Source of the DNA: an uncultured Pirellulales bacterium
Lineage (GTDB): Bacteria > Planctomycetota > Planctomycetia > Pirellulales > CAYZVT01
Direction: 5' to 3'
NCBI GenBank assembly: GCA_964481585.1
Contig: CAYZVT010000001.1
Coordinates: 1 to 44,212 of the forward strand
Length of the DNA stretch: 44,212 bases
The notes below the pieces were generated by a model. That model ran no database searches. It was not told where the DNA came from and was given only the letters and a program-made list of their open reading frames with translations. Position numbers and translations under genes: made by a program. Shown here one piece after another: positions 18,053 through 27,190 of the stretch (position 1 is the first letter of the stretch; every line of letters starts with the position of its first letter).

Positions 18053-18967
18053 GCGCCGATGCTTGCTCCACCAGCCGCCGCAGGCGGCGCCGAGGACCAG
18101 TAGCAGCGCCGTGCTCGGTTCGGGGGCTGGGTAGGTGTAGGGGAGCACGTCGGCGGCGCTGCTGCCGTAGCGCAACTCGTCGAACGTGGCGCGGGTGAAA
18201 TTGCTGCCGCCGTTTCCACCGAACAGACGCAGGCTCAGGTAATCGCTTGGATCAAAGAGCGTTCCGTCGGCGCCGGTGTGGATGATGCGGTCGGTGTAAT
18301 GGTTATGGAGCGCATTCTGCCAGGCCGCGTCGTCCTCGCCGGCGGCGATTGCTTCCGCTAGTGCGCTGGCGAACTGCGCGACGTTGAGAACCCACATCGT
18401 GCCCGAGGCGCTGCTGGCGGTATTGAGGCCCTGCATCTGCGCGAGGAACAGCCAGGTTTGCCCGCTGCCGTCGCTAAATTGCAGCGAGGAGTTGCCGGTG
18501 ATCTGTGTTCGGTCGACTCCGAACGCGGCGGCCGTGCCCAAATTGAACGGCTCCGGCTCCATGCGGTAGGCTTGGTTGCCGCCGGTGCCGCCGTCGCGTT
18601 TCCAGAGGGCGTTGATTTCCTGGGCCACGCCCGAGTTGAGGTCGGAGCGATAGAGAAAGCTCGCCCAGAGGCTCGATGGCCCGTTGATGCCGACGCGCCG
18701 CCGGGCTTCCAGTCCCACGTTCGCGGTAAAGCCTTGCGCGGCGCCGCCGGACGTATCGAGCGTGCCGAAGGAAAGCCCGCCGACGATGTTAAAGCCGGTG
18801 GCGTTGCTCCAAGGGTCGGCCCAGCCGACGCCGCCGCTTTGGCCGGTGAGCGGCCCGTCCGCGTAGTCGAACGACTCCTCGATCAGCAGCGCCGCCGATC
18901 CCGGCCCCGCGCAGACACTAAGAAACAAAACGACAACTGGGATCAAACGAAACAGGATGCTAAGCAC
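18023..18967 (-). CDS. PEP-CTERM surface protein
   Basis: GTG start at 18967 preceded by GGGGAGGA. Signal peptide. C-terminus [35 protein letters not shown]. Confidence 0.7.
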   Translation of the reverse strand: MLSILFRLIPVVVLFLSVCAGPGSAALLIEESFDYADGPLTGQSGGVGWADPWSNATGFNIVGGLSFGTLDTSGGAAQGFTANVGLEARRRVGINGPSSLWASFLYRSDLNSGVAQEINALWKRDGGTGGNQAYRMEPEPFNLGTAAAFGVDRTQITGNSSLQFSDGSGQTWLFLAQMQGLNTASSASGTMWVLNVAQFASALAEAIAAGEDDAAWQNALHNHYTDRIIHTGADGTLFDPSDYLSLRLFGGNGGSNFTRATFDELRYGSSAADVLPYTYPAPEPSTALLLVLGAACGGWWSKHRRKRFASERKR

Positions 18968-19014
18968 AACAATCCTCCCCTTACGACGGCAACGGGCCGT
19001 GCGGTTTCGGTCAT

Positions 19015-20679
19015 TTATTTCGGGAGCGAATATCTTTTTTGCAAATACGACTCGACGGCCTGCCGCGGCGTCGCATCGAGCGCCTCTTCGTACACTAAAA
19101 TCTCCGCGATCTGGCCGTGGTAAAAGTGTTTCGGCTTCGTGGTGTGAAAGCCTGCGCCGATAAGCGTCGGCGCGCGCGCAATGCGATACGGCCGTGGATC
19201 GTGCTGCTCTTGGCCAACCTGCGCGGAATTATGAAAAAGGTATTGAACGCCCGCGTCGCGGACGTAGGCCCACACTTGCGGCTGCTGGAACTGCACGACG
19301 GGCGGCGACTCGACGGGCGACACCTGGCCGAAACGGGGAACGTAGGAGACGCCAATCAGTCGGCCATCGCTCTCGCAGGCGAACTGGAAGCCGCGATTGT
19401 TCAGCCCCGCCATCTTTCCGATGATGTAGCCGCGCGCATCTTCCGGCGGGGCGTGCGGGCGGACGACCGCGAAGATCGTCAGCCCTTCGGCCAGTTTGCC
19501 GCACGAATCGGGCAAGCGGAGCGTGTCCTCGACGCCGTCGAACTCTAAGGCCGGCTTGCCGCCGATCGCCCGGGCGCGAAAGCGCGGAGCTTGCTCCTCG
19601 GCGACGGCGTGGAACTCCCGGCCACTGGAGTCGGGCCAATGAGTGACCGCCTCGCCGTCGCGCAGCGTGAGCACATCGGCCCGCAGCCACAGATGGAGCG
19701 GCCCATAGGCACGCGGATTAAAGCCTTCGACGGCAATCGCCGTGGGCATTTCGGTAATAAAGCGTGCCCGATCCGCCCGGACCGCCGCGAGGCGGCGCGA
19801 AGCGGGTTCGTAACGGCGCGCATCGCCTGCAAAGAGCTTTTGGCTCGTCGCACGGTCGTTGATCGAGGTGTTGAGACGCACCTGCCCGGTGAAGACGTGG
19901 ACCTCGCTCGCGCCGGTTGAATCGACCGCCACGGCGAACTCGGTTCCCAGGTCCGTCACCGTCAAGTCGGGCGTGGCGACGACAAAGCCTTGCGCCTGCT
20001 GGGGCACCGTGGCCGCGAGCTTGCCGTGCCAGAGCTTGCCGCTGTCGGCGGAGAGCAGTTCCAGATGCAGGGGGCCTTGCAAGATCGCGCGGGCGCCGTG
20101 TGCGAACTCAATCTCGACCAGCCCGCGCCGCAAGCGAAGCTGCTCGCCGGCGCGCAGGTCCGCGCCGCCGCGCCGCGCCGCGTTGCCCGCTCCCCATTGG
20201 GGGCTTTCGCTCGCCACGATCCGCGCGACCACGCGGGGAAGCGCGGCGGGCCGGGAGTCGCTGGGATCGGCATTCGTGCCGATCCGTAGCACACCAAAAA
20301 GCGTCAGTGCGGCAAACAAGAAGGCGCTGGCGAAGATGAGCGAAAAGACCGCTGGCCGTTGAATCCAAGCCAGGCTCGTGTGCAAAACTCCCACCAGCCC
20401 AGGCGCGCGACGACTTGAGAGAGTAGGCAGCGCGGCGGCGGCTGAGTACGGCGGCTTCACCACCAAACTTTCAGCAGGAGAAAACGCCGGCTCCTCGCCC
20501 GGATAAAGCTGGAACAGATTGGCGTGCATTGCCAGATAACGCACGTAGGTCCGTCGCGCCGTCTCGTCGCTGAGCACTCGTTGTTCCAATTCCGCCGCGC
20601 TGTCCGCCGTCAATACCCCATGGCAGACCGCTTCGAGCAACTCCCGCAGCGGCAGGTCGCGGGCACTAGTCTCGCTCAT
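19015..20679 (-). CDS. FecR-family anti-sigma factor with C-terminal LamG (concanavalin-like) sensor domain
   Basis: Its ATG at 20679 overlaps the sigma gene stop (ATGA). One TM segment. FecR beta region (GFVVATPDLTVTDLGTEFAV). LamG-type tail G.IAEILVYEEAL...YLQKRY. Confidence 0.8.
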   Translation of the reverse strand: MSETSARDLPLRELLEAVCHGVLTADSAAELEQRVLSDETARRTYVRYLAMHANLFQLYPGEEPAFSPAESLVVKPPYSAAAALPTLSSRRAPGLVGVLHTSLAWIQRPAVFSLIFASAFLFAALTLFGVLRIGTNADPSDSRPAALPRVVARIVASESPQWGAGNAARRGGADLRAGEQLRLRRGLVEIEFAHGARAILQGPLHLELLSADSGKLWHGKLAATVPQQAQGFVVATPDLTVTDLGTEFAVAVDSTGASEVHVFTGQVRLNTSINDRATSQKLFAGDARRYEPASRRLAAVRADRARFITEMPTAIAVEGFNPRAYGPLHLWLRADVLTLRDGEAVTHWPDSSGREFHAVAEEQAPRFRARAIGGKPALEFDGVEDTLRLPDSCGKLAEGLTIFAVVRPHAPPEDARGYIIGKMAGLNNRGFQFACESDGRLIGVSYVPRFGQVSPVESPPVVQFQQPQVWAYVRDAGVQYLFHNSAQVGQEQHDPRPYRIARAPTLIGAGFHTTKPKHFYHGQIAEILVYEEALDATPRQAVESYLQKRYSLPK

Positions 20680-21221
20680 GAGCGCTCCTCCGCAGCGAGC
20701 GTGCGTTCGATGCACGTAAATAGATTGCGGCGGATACGGGTCAGCGCCTTGTAGACCGTCTTGGCGGGGCGGTTCAGTTGTTCAGCCACATCTTTGATCG
20801 CGGCTCCGTGCTGGTAGCAACGCTTGATGAGATCCCGTTCTTTGGGCGACAGTCGTTCGACGCAGCTGGCCAAAGCGCGAAGCTGGTCTGGCTGAGCGTC
20901 GGCGGTCTGCACCGCCTCGGCCGCGACTGCTTCCAAAAAGGCTTCGCTGAATAGTTCTGGCACGCGCTTTTGGCGACGCCGGAAGGCGAGCACCTGATAG
21001 TAGGCGACTTTGCAGGCCCAGGCCGGAAAATTACTGTTCGGCTCGAACTCAGAGAACGACTGCCAGAGGGCGACGTAGGTTTCTTGCAGCACGTCCTCCA
21101 CATCGTTCCACTCAGGCAGCAGCGTCCGCACATAGGCATGAATCCGCGCCTGGTGGATCGAGACGAGCCGCAAGAAGTCGGTGGTTTCCAGCCCTTCGCT
21201 CCCGCTTTCCCGCGTATGCAT
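20676..21221 (-). CDS. ECF sigma factor
   Basis: 181 aa from ATG 21221. Region 2 VEDVLQETYVALWQSFSEFEPNSNFPAWACKVAYYQ. Region 4 IKDVAEQLNRPAKTVYKALTRIR. Confidence 0.85.
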   Translation of the reverse strand: MHTRESGSEGLETTDFLRLVSIHQARIHAYVRTLLPEWNDVEDVLQETYVALWQSFSEFEPNSNFPAWACKVAYYQVLAFRRRQKRVPELFSEAFLEAVAAEAVQTADAQPDQLRALASCVERLSPKERDLIKRCYQHGAAIKDVAEQLNRPAKTVYKALTRIRRNLFTCIERTLAAEERS

Positions 21222-21520
21222 CGAAACCTCTGCCACCGAACTTGCTTCCGAACATGCCGATCTTTCCCCTTGCTCTAGGCGCTTGCCAGCCCGAAGCCGG
21301 CATTTTTTTTGAAACTTTTTAAAAAGCGTGGGCCTGCCAGGGCAAATCGCTGAAATTGCACCGCCCTGCAAGCGGCAAGGAGGAAACAGCCCGAGCCGCT
21401 CAGCCACAGGGCAGGGGCGCGGCTGCTGGAGAGAATCGGCCGGCGGCGAAGAAGCGGCGAAGCTCTGGCGGTGCTGGGGAGCGCCGCGCCCCAGGCGCCT
21501 ATCCGCCCACAGGCACCCGG

Positions 21521-22729
21521 TTAAGGTCCGGGCCGACTGGCGAGATTGCCGTCGCTGCGATGGCCGAGCCAGCGGTGAGCCTGCGCGTCGAGCGCGTAGC
21601 TTACGAGACGGATCGATCCATCGGCGAAGACGACGCTCCAGCCCGCTGGGTGGGCACTGCCGAAGACGTTGGGGTTGACCCGCGGCGCGTCGCGCTGCGG
21701 AGCGCCGTGATCAGGATTGGTCCAGCGGTGGGTGTCGTTGCTATAGCCGATGTACAGGTTCTGATTGTCGCCCGGATCAAGCCCGGTCTTGTAGTGATCG
21801 GCGCTGACGTACTTCTCACCCAGCAGATATGTATGGCTCGTCCCATCGTGAAGATCGCCGGCAGCCAACTTGCTGCGCTGGAAGCTGATGCCGGTTTGCG
21901 ACCGTTGTTGGTCCGTGGGAGTCCAGGTTCCGCTGAGCGCGGCCGGGTCGATGAGCGTGTCGTCCAGATCGTTGCCGATGCCCTCGCAAGCACCGTAGTA
22001 GTCGGCGTGATGGCCTAAGTGCGTGTCGAAGGCCGATTGATTGACGCTGATGGTTTGCGCGTTGGCCGGATCGCCGGGTGGGAAGTGACAGATGGTGATC
22101 TTGTTTCCGCCTCCTCCCCCGCCCTTGCCACCGGGGGCGCGTTGTACCGCACTTGCCATCGCGGCGCTCGTTGAGGCGCTGCCGGGCGCAGGAGCAGCCA
22201 AGCCGATGCGATTGCCGACGTCGCCCGCGTTGGCCGCGTAGTCGCTGCGGCCGGCGAGCGTCAGCGTCATCGCGCTAGAGGTCGCCGTGCGGTAATACCC
22301 GGCGTGGCTGTCGGGGTAGCCAGCCGCTGATCGCCGCGCAGGGCAGTGGAACACGGCGAGGGGCGTCGCCACCCGCGCCGCCAAGGCCTCCTCGCGACTC
22401 GTTCCACCTAGCTCGCCGCCCAATTCACGCAGGTGCGCTTGTTCGAGGTATGCCAAAATATTGAACGCCCAGCCGCCCGGCTGCTCCGCTCCGGTGCCCA
22501 ACTCTGGTTCCCCGATCCAATGAGGCCCCCAACCACCGGAAGGGAAGTAGCCGAGCGTTTCGTGGTGGATGAGCACCGCCAGGCCGAGTTGCCGGAGATG
22601 ATTTTGACACTGCGCGATCCGGGCTGACTCGCGCGCCGCTTGTACCGCCGGTAAGAGCAGCGCCACGAGCACGCCAAGAATTGCCACGACGGTCAGCAAC
22701 TCCACCAAGGTGAACGCGCGACGATTCAT
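21521..22729 (-). CDS. DUF1559 / prepilin-N-terminal protein with an inserted Gly-run + ICH-motif module
   Basis: N-terminus [44 protein letters not shown]-terminus [29 protein letters not shown] sequence upstream. The insertion is at about 21965-22207. Confidence 0.85.
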   Translation of the reverse strand: MNRRAFTLVELLTVVAILGVLVALLLPAVQAARESARIAQCQNHLRQLGLAVLIHHETLGYFPSGGWGPHWIGEPELGTGAEQPGGWAFNILAYLEQAHLRELGGELGGTSREEALAARVATPLAVFHCPARRSAAGYPDSHAGYYRTATSSAMTLTLAGRSDYAANAGDVGNRIGLAAPAPGSASTSAAMASAVQRAPGGKGGGGGGNKITICHFPPGDPANAQTISVNQSAFDTHLGHHADYYGACEGIGNDLDDTLIDPAALSGTWTPTDQQRSQTGISFQRSKLAAGDLHDGTSHTYLLGEKYVSADHYKTGLDPGDNQNLYIGYSNDTHRWTNPDHGAPQRDAPRVNPNVFGSAHPAGWSVVFADGSIRLVSYALDAQAHRWLGHRSDGNLASRPGP

Positions 22730-23065
22730 GACACAGCCTCCTAAGCGTCCCGTCGCCGGCCGAGGCTGCGGCGACAGGCGGATGGGGAAAGACTACCGGC
22801 TGCTGATGTCCACCGCCCTGTTCCGCGCCAACTATACCAAAACCCTCCGCGAGAGCAATTAGGTATTAGCCCAAAGGTGGCTAGTGTCTTTCCCGAAGCG
22901 GAGCTTGAGGCACGGGCCGAAGGAGATAGCCCTCCGGTCGGTTTGCTGCGCACCGGGCGCTCCATTTGCGGTAATTACCACAAGTGCATCGGCTCGGAGC
23001 AAGTGCGCTGCAAGAGGGCGGGGCGGAGCAGAGGGAAGGCCAGACCAGGAGGGGAGTATCTCGCT

Positions 23066-23476
23066 ATGCAAGCCAAAGCTGCCACGAACGAAACCACGTC
23101 CCGCTTTATGGAAGCACTGCAAGCGGCGGAGCAGTCCGGCAGCCTGGACGAACTGATCGCTCTGTTTAGCAACGAGGCGGAAGTCACCGGCATCGGACGC
23201 CCGCACGCCCAGGGGCGCGACGGGGCCGAAGCGTTTTGGCGCAACTACCTCGCCCAGTTCGACACGATCCGCTCGACGTTCACCCAGGTGCTCGAAGGCC
23301 CCGACCACGGCGTGCTGGAATGGACCTCTGTAGGAGCACTTTCCGGCGGTCATCCCATCTCCTACTCAGGCGTCAGCATTTTGCAGTGGCGAGATGGTCA
23401 GATCCACCGCTTCCGCACCTACTACGACTCCGCCGCGTTCCTCACGCGCAGCCAGCACGGATCTTCCGCGAGATAG
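23066..23476 (+). CDS. SnoaL-like / NTF2-fold protein
   Basis: 136 aa from ATG 23066, with an AGGAGGGGA SD sequence. The pattern ...FMEALQ..D.D.L..LF...AE...........G.....FW..Y...F......F......DHGVLEW is typical of ketosteroid-isomerase-like proteins. Confidence 0.65.
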   Translation: MQAKAATNETTSRFMEALQAAEQSGSLDELIALFSNEAEVTGIGRPHAQGRDGAEAFWRNYLAQFDTIRSTFTQVLEGPDHGVLEWTSVGALSGGHPISYSGVSILQWRDGQIHRFRTYYDSAAFLTRSQHGSSAR

Positions 23477-23524
23477 GCGGAAATTTTGAATCGGCTGGAG
23501 GGTGTATCAGCCGCGCTATGCGGT

Positions 23525-25621
23525 TTACTGCCAGACCGACTTGAGTTGGTAAATTTCGAGCGACTCAATTTCTAGCGGCACTTCGCGCGGGGAAAGCTCC
23601 AGCGTCTTGTCTTCGGGTGACGGTAGCATGCCCACGGAGATGGCCACTCGACCATCGTTGCCAAAAACTTCGAGCGAGCCGCGATCCACCAGCAGGTGGA
23701 GGCGGAGCCTGCCGTCGCGTGGCGCCAGCGGCACGCGAAGATTTTGCAGGTGCAGTTCTTGTTTGGCGGCGTTGTACGTGACGGGCACGCCGCGCAATTT
23801 GAACTCGAACGAGGAGCTTTCCGTGACGCGCACTTCGGCAAGCACTTCCCAAAGTTCACCGGAAAGATCGGCCAGCGGGTTCTCGCCCGGCTCGATCGAG
23901 AGGTCGGTCCAGGCATGCCGCGCCGCGCGCAAGCTCGCCAGCTCGCGGACTGGCTGGGCAAACATGCGGACTCCATCGTCGGTCGTACGCAGCGTCAGTT
24001 CGACCGGGACGGTCATCTGCTGGTTGAAAGGCATGCCGGGGAAGGTAATGCCACGGCCCCAGCCGATTTGAATCCGCCGTCCGTCGGGCGCGTCGCTAAA
24101 GGTTTGGGCGGCGTAAAAGTTGCCGTACCAGAGCTGCCGCTTCTTTCCCTCCGGCTGGAAGGTGTGGCCGTCGAACTCGCCCAGCGTGTAGCGCCCATCG
24201 GCGGCATAGAGCACCCACTTCGCCCGTTGGGGATCGCCGTCGATCGGCAGCGGGAACAGATCGGGGCACTCGAAGTAGCCGTCGATCGCGCTTTCAAACT
24301 GCCAGGTTTTCAAATCGGGCGAGCTGTGGAAGGCGATGCGTTTCGCGTTGTCCTGCATGTTGTAGACCGCCATGATCCAGCGCTTCGTCGGCTCGTGCCA
24401 AAAGATTTTCGGATCGCGGCCCTTGTGCTTCACCACGGGATTGCCGGCATAGACCTGGAACGAGCGGCCGCCATCGTTGCTGTAGGCCAGCGATTCGCCC
24501 GCTTCCGTGTCGGTGAACGCCAGCACCAGCACATCCTGCTCGCCGGTTTTGAAACCGGAGGTGTTGGCCCAATCGACAACGGCCGAACCGGAGTAGACCG
24601 CGCCGCGGGCATCGGCATAAGGATAGAGCGCCTCGCCCACTTCTTCCCAATGGAGCAAATCGCGGCTGACGGCGTGGCCCCAGTGCATGTTGCCCCACTT
24701 CCAGCCGTAAGGGTTGTGTTGATAGAAAAGGTGCCATCGGCCGCCGTGGTACACGAGGCCATTGGGATCGTTGAGCCAGCCGCGCCGCGAGGTGAAGTGA
24801 AACTGTGGACGATACATTTCGCGGTACAGTTGATCGCGGCCGGGATAATCGTCCGCCTGGGCAATGGCCTGGAGCGCTTGCGAACCGGGGGCCAGCGACT
24901 CGGCGCGGAGCACGGCGGTCTGCCCCTGGAAGGGGCGAATGTCGAGATAGACCCAAAAATCGGGCTTGCGCTTGGCGAGTCGGATATCGAACTGGCGCAT
25001 CGCGCGGCCGTCGATTTCCAGGCTCAGACGGCGCTTGGCAGCGCCGTTTTTGACCGGCAGGATGAGATAGTCTTCCTCCAGCACCATCTCGCGCGCCAAA
25101 TCGGCGGCGGCCGCTCGGTTGCTAAAGGTAATCTGATCGACGTTGATATGTCCCCAACGCCCGGTATGGCGGTCGACGATCGAGAGCTGCGCGGTCTTGC
25201 CGATCAACTCCTGGACGGAAAAGCTTTTCCAGGTGAGCGGTTCGGCGGCGTCGCCGGTGGCGGTGCGGACGATTTTTCCGTCGAGGAGCAGGTTCAGCGC
25301 CGTGCCGCCCGCATGCTTGCCGCCGCCGATCAAGAAGTTGATATACGGGTGTTCGATTTTGAAGGGGGGCGAAGTCAGCGCGCCGGTCGTGCCGTCCCCG
25401 TTGAGAAAGGTGTTGACCAGCCCTTGGCCCAGAAAGCCTGAAACCTGCTGCTGGCCGGCCAAGGTTCCGCGGGCGGGGCCGGTGCCAAAAGCCTCACCCG
25501 TCGCTTGCCACGTTCCGTAGTCGTTGCTCTCAAAGTCGGCAAACACCACGTCCTCCGCCGCATGCAGAGGCAGGGCGAAGATAAGCGCGCAAACCGAAGC
25601 GATACCTAGCAGGCGTTTCAA
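23525..25621 (-). CDS. glycoside hydrolase family 32 (beta-fructofuranosidase/levanase-like) with N-terminal accessory beta-sandwich
   Basis: TTG start at 25621 with a strong AAGGAGGG SD sequence. Signal peptide. GH32 catalytic motifs WLNDPNGLVYHGGRWHLFYQHNP, RDPKIFW and ECPDLF. Confidence 0.85.
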   Translation of the reverse strand: MKRLLGIASVCALIFALPLHAAEDVVFADFESNDYGTWQATGEAFGTGPARGTLAGQQQVSGFLGQGLVNTFLNGDGTTGALTSPPFKIEHPYINFLIGGGKHAGGTALNLLLDGKIVRTATGDAAEPLTWKSFSVQELIGKTAQLSIVDRHTGRWGHINVDQITFSNRAAAADLAREMVLEEDYLILPVKNGAAKRRLSLEIDGRAMRQFDIRLAKRKPDFWVYLDIRPFQGQTAVLRAESLAPGSQALQAIAQADDYPGRDQLYREMYRPQFHFTSRRGWLNDPNGLVYHGGRWHLFYQHNPYGWKWGNMHWGHAVSRDLLHWEEVGEALYPYADARGAVYSGSAVVDWANTSGFKTGEQDVLVLAFTDTEAGESLAYSNDGGRSFQVYAGNPVVKHKGRDPKIFWHEPTKRWIMAVYNMQDNAKRIAFHSSPDLKTWQFESAIDGYFECPDLFPLPIDGDPQRAKWVLYAADGRYTLGEFDGHTFQPEGKKRQLWYGNFYAAQTFSDAPDGRRIQIGWGRGITFPGMPFNQQMTVPVELTLRTTDDGVRMFAQPVRELASLRAARHAWTDLSIEPGENPLADLSGELWEVLAEVRVTESSSFEFKLRGVPVTYNAAKQELHLQNLRVPLAPRDGRLRLHLLVDRGSLEVFGNDGRVAISVGMLPSPEDKTLELSPREVPLEIESLEIYQLKSVWQ

Positions 25622-25701
25622 GATTTCCCTCCTTCAAGGAAAAGAGTTTTTGCGAGAACGGTTCAGCAGCCGCCTTGGCCGGTTGCCCCGCTTGTGGGCA
25701 G

Positions 25702-26745
25702 CTACAGCGCTAGCTGGAGCACTTCGCCACCTTGGCTGGTGCTCAGGCCGCGCCACAGCGCTAGGTCGGTGGAGTCACTAAAAAAACGGACCGCGCCGTC
25801 GCCCAGCGCGGCGTGGACGCCGCCGGGGTGTTGGCTGCGGGCGGCGTGATGCAGATTGGGTGGGAAGGGAGAACCCTCGCCGGGCGCTTGGGTCAAGCCG
25901 ACCACGCAGTTGATGCCCCGCAGATCGCCTTGATCGGGACAAGTTTGGTCCACCGCATCGGGAATGGGCGAATTGGGGCCGGTCCAGGTTTCAAAGCCCT
26001 GGCCGCCACGGCAAATGGTGCAATCGCCCAGCGAGCCTTGCCAGGATGCGCCTTTGGCGCTGATGACCTCCGCCAGCAGCAGCGTATTGCTGCTGCCGTC
26101 GCGCAGGTCGGCCATCGGGGTCGGCGTGTTCCAGGTAAACGCGGCGCCGCCAAAAGTTTCCGTGCCGCGCGTTGCCTGCTGGCTCGTGCTGGTGTTTCCC
26201 CAGCTCACCGCGTAGTTGTAGCGCACGCGGGACCAGGTCGCACTTTGCCACTCGTTTTCGGCCAGCCCGTCGGAAGGGCAAGCCATTAGGGCGATCTTCA
26301 CTTGGCGCGCGGGTTTGTTGTTGGCGTGACTGCAACTGAGCTTCAAGTCGAAACGGTCGTAGACGTTTTGCTGTTCGATGTAGGGCAGAATCGCGTGTGC
26401 CCAAGTGCAGTCGTCGTACCAGCGGAACCCTTGCCGGCCGGCCATGCCCGGCGCGAGCAGGCAGCCCGGCGGAAAGCTGCCGTGGCCGTCCAGATACAAA
26501 TGCATGCCCAACGCCAGTTGCTTCAGATTGTTGCTGCACTGCGCGCGCCGCGCTGCTTCGCGGGCGGCTTGCACGGCCGGCAACAGCAGCGAGATGAGGA
26601 TGCCAATGATCGCGATCACGACCAATAGCTCGACCAGCGTAAAGGCGTGTAGGGGCCGGGAGAGGCGGCCTCGCTGCGCAAGATGTCTGTGCTCCGCTTG
26701 ATCTTTGGCCCCGACACAGACAAAGGCGTGTAGCTGCTTCTTCAT
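25702..26745 (-). CDS. DUF1559 protein with prepilin-type N-terminus
   Basis: Start at ATG 26745 (GGAGGG SD sequence, avoids overlap with the upstream gene). N-terminus [46 protein letters not shown]-terminus HPGGVHAALGDGAVRF. Confidence 0.85.
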   Translation of the reverse strand: MKKQLHAFVCVGAKDQAEHRHLAQRGRLSRPLHAFTLVELLVVIAIIGILISLLLPAVQAAREAARRAQCSNNLKQLALGMHLYLDGHGSFPPGCLLAPGMAGRQGFRWYDDCTWAHAILPYIEQQNVYDRFDLKLSCSHANNKPARQVKIALMACPSDGLAENEWQSATWSRVRYNYAVSWGNTSTSQQATRGTETFGGAAFTWNTPTPMADLRDGSSNTLLLAEVISAKGASWQGSLGDCTICRGGQGFETWTGPNSPIPDAVDQTCPDQGDLRGINCVVGLTQAPGEGSPFPPNLHHAARSQHPGGVHAALGDGAVRFFSDSTDLALWRGLSTSQGGEVLQLAL

Positions 26746-26782
26746 CCTTACCCTCCGTAGGACATGCGGCGACCGCGAGGCC

Positions 26783-27190
26783 CTACAGCGCGAAATGCTG
26801 TTCTTCACGATCAGCCTGAACTTCGATTACCAGCCCGTCGGCATATTCGGGCGGAATCAGATCAATGCGTTCCGGTTGCAGTTCGTCGGTGGAAGACGAC
26901 TCGATCATCCGCCCGGTCTCTTGCATCGCGTTGAAGGTCACCAGCACTTTGCCGTGAGGGACTTCTTCGGCGCGGTAACGCCCGTTGCGAATCACGGCTG
27001 TGACTCCGCCCCCGCGATGCGGGTCTTGCGGCAGAAACATGATTTTGCCCTCCGTTAATGGCTGGCCGGCGACCGTCACCGTTCCAGCCAGCGTCGCGTG
27101 AGGGTAAGTCGGTTGCGGAGCGCCGCAGGCGACGATCCACGGCAACAGCAAGCCGGCCAGCGCGGCGGCGCTCAAGGGCGTTTTGTTCAT
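26783..27190 (-). CDS. small lipoprotein, carboxypeptidase-regulatory-like beta-sandwich
   Basis: 135 aa. Signal peptide plus lipobox IVAC. TLAGTVTVAGQPLTEGKIMFLP. Its start overlaps the upstream gene stop (ATGA at 27187-27190). Paralog of 169..615. Confidence 0.7.
   Translation of the reverse strand: MNKTPLSAAALAGLLLPWIVACGAPQPTYPHATLAGTVTVAGQPLTEGKIMFLPQDPHRGGGVTAVIRNGRYRAEEVPHGKVLVTFNAMQETGRMIESSSTDELQPERIDLIPPEYADGLVIEVQADREEQHFAL

Noticed and set aside
23696-25441. 581-aa plus-strand ORF antisense to GH32
   Set aside because: It is a shadow ORF. The minus strand has the WxNDPNG, RDP and EC catalytic motifs.
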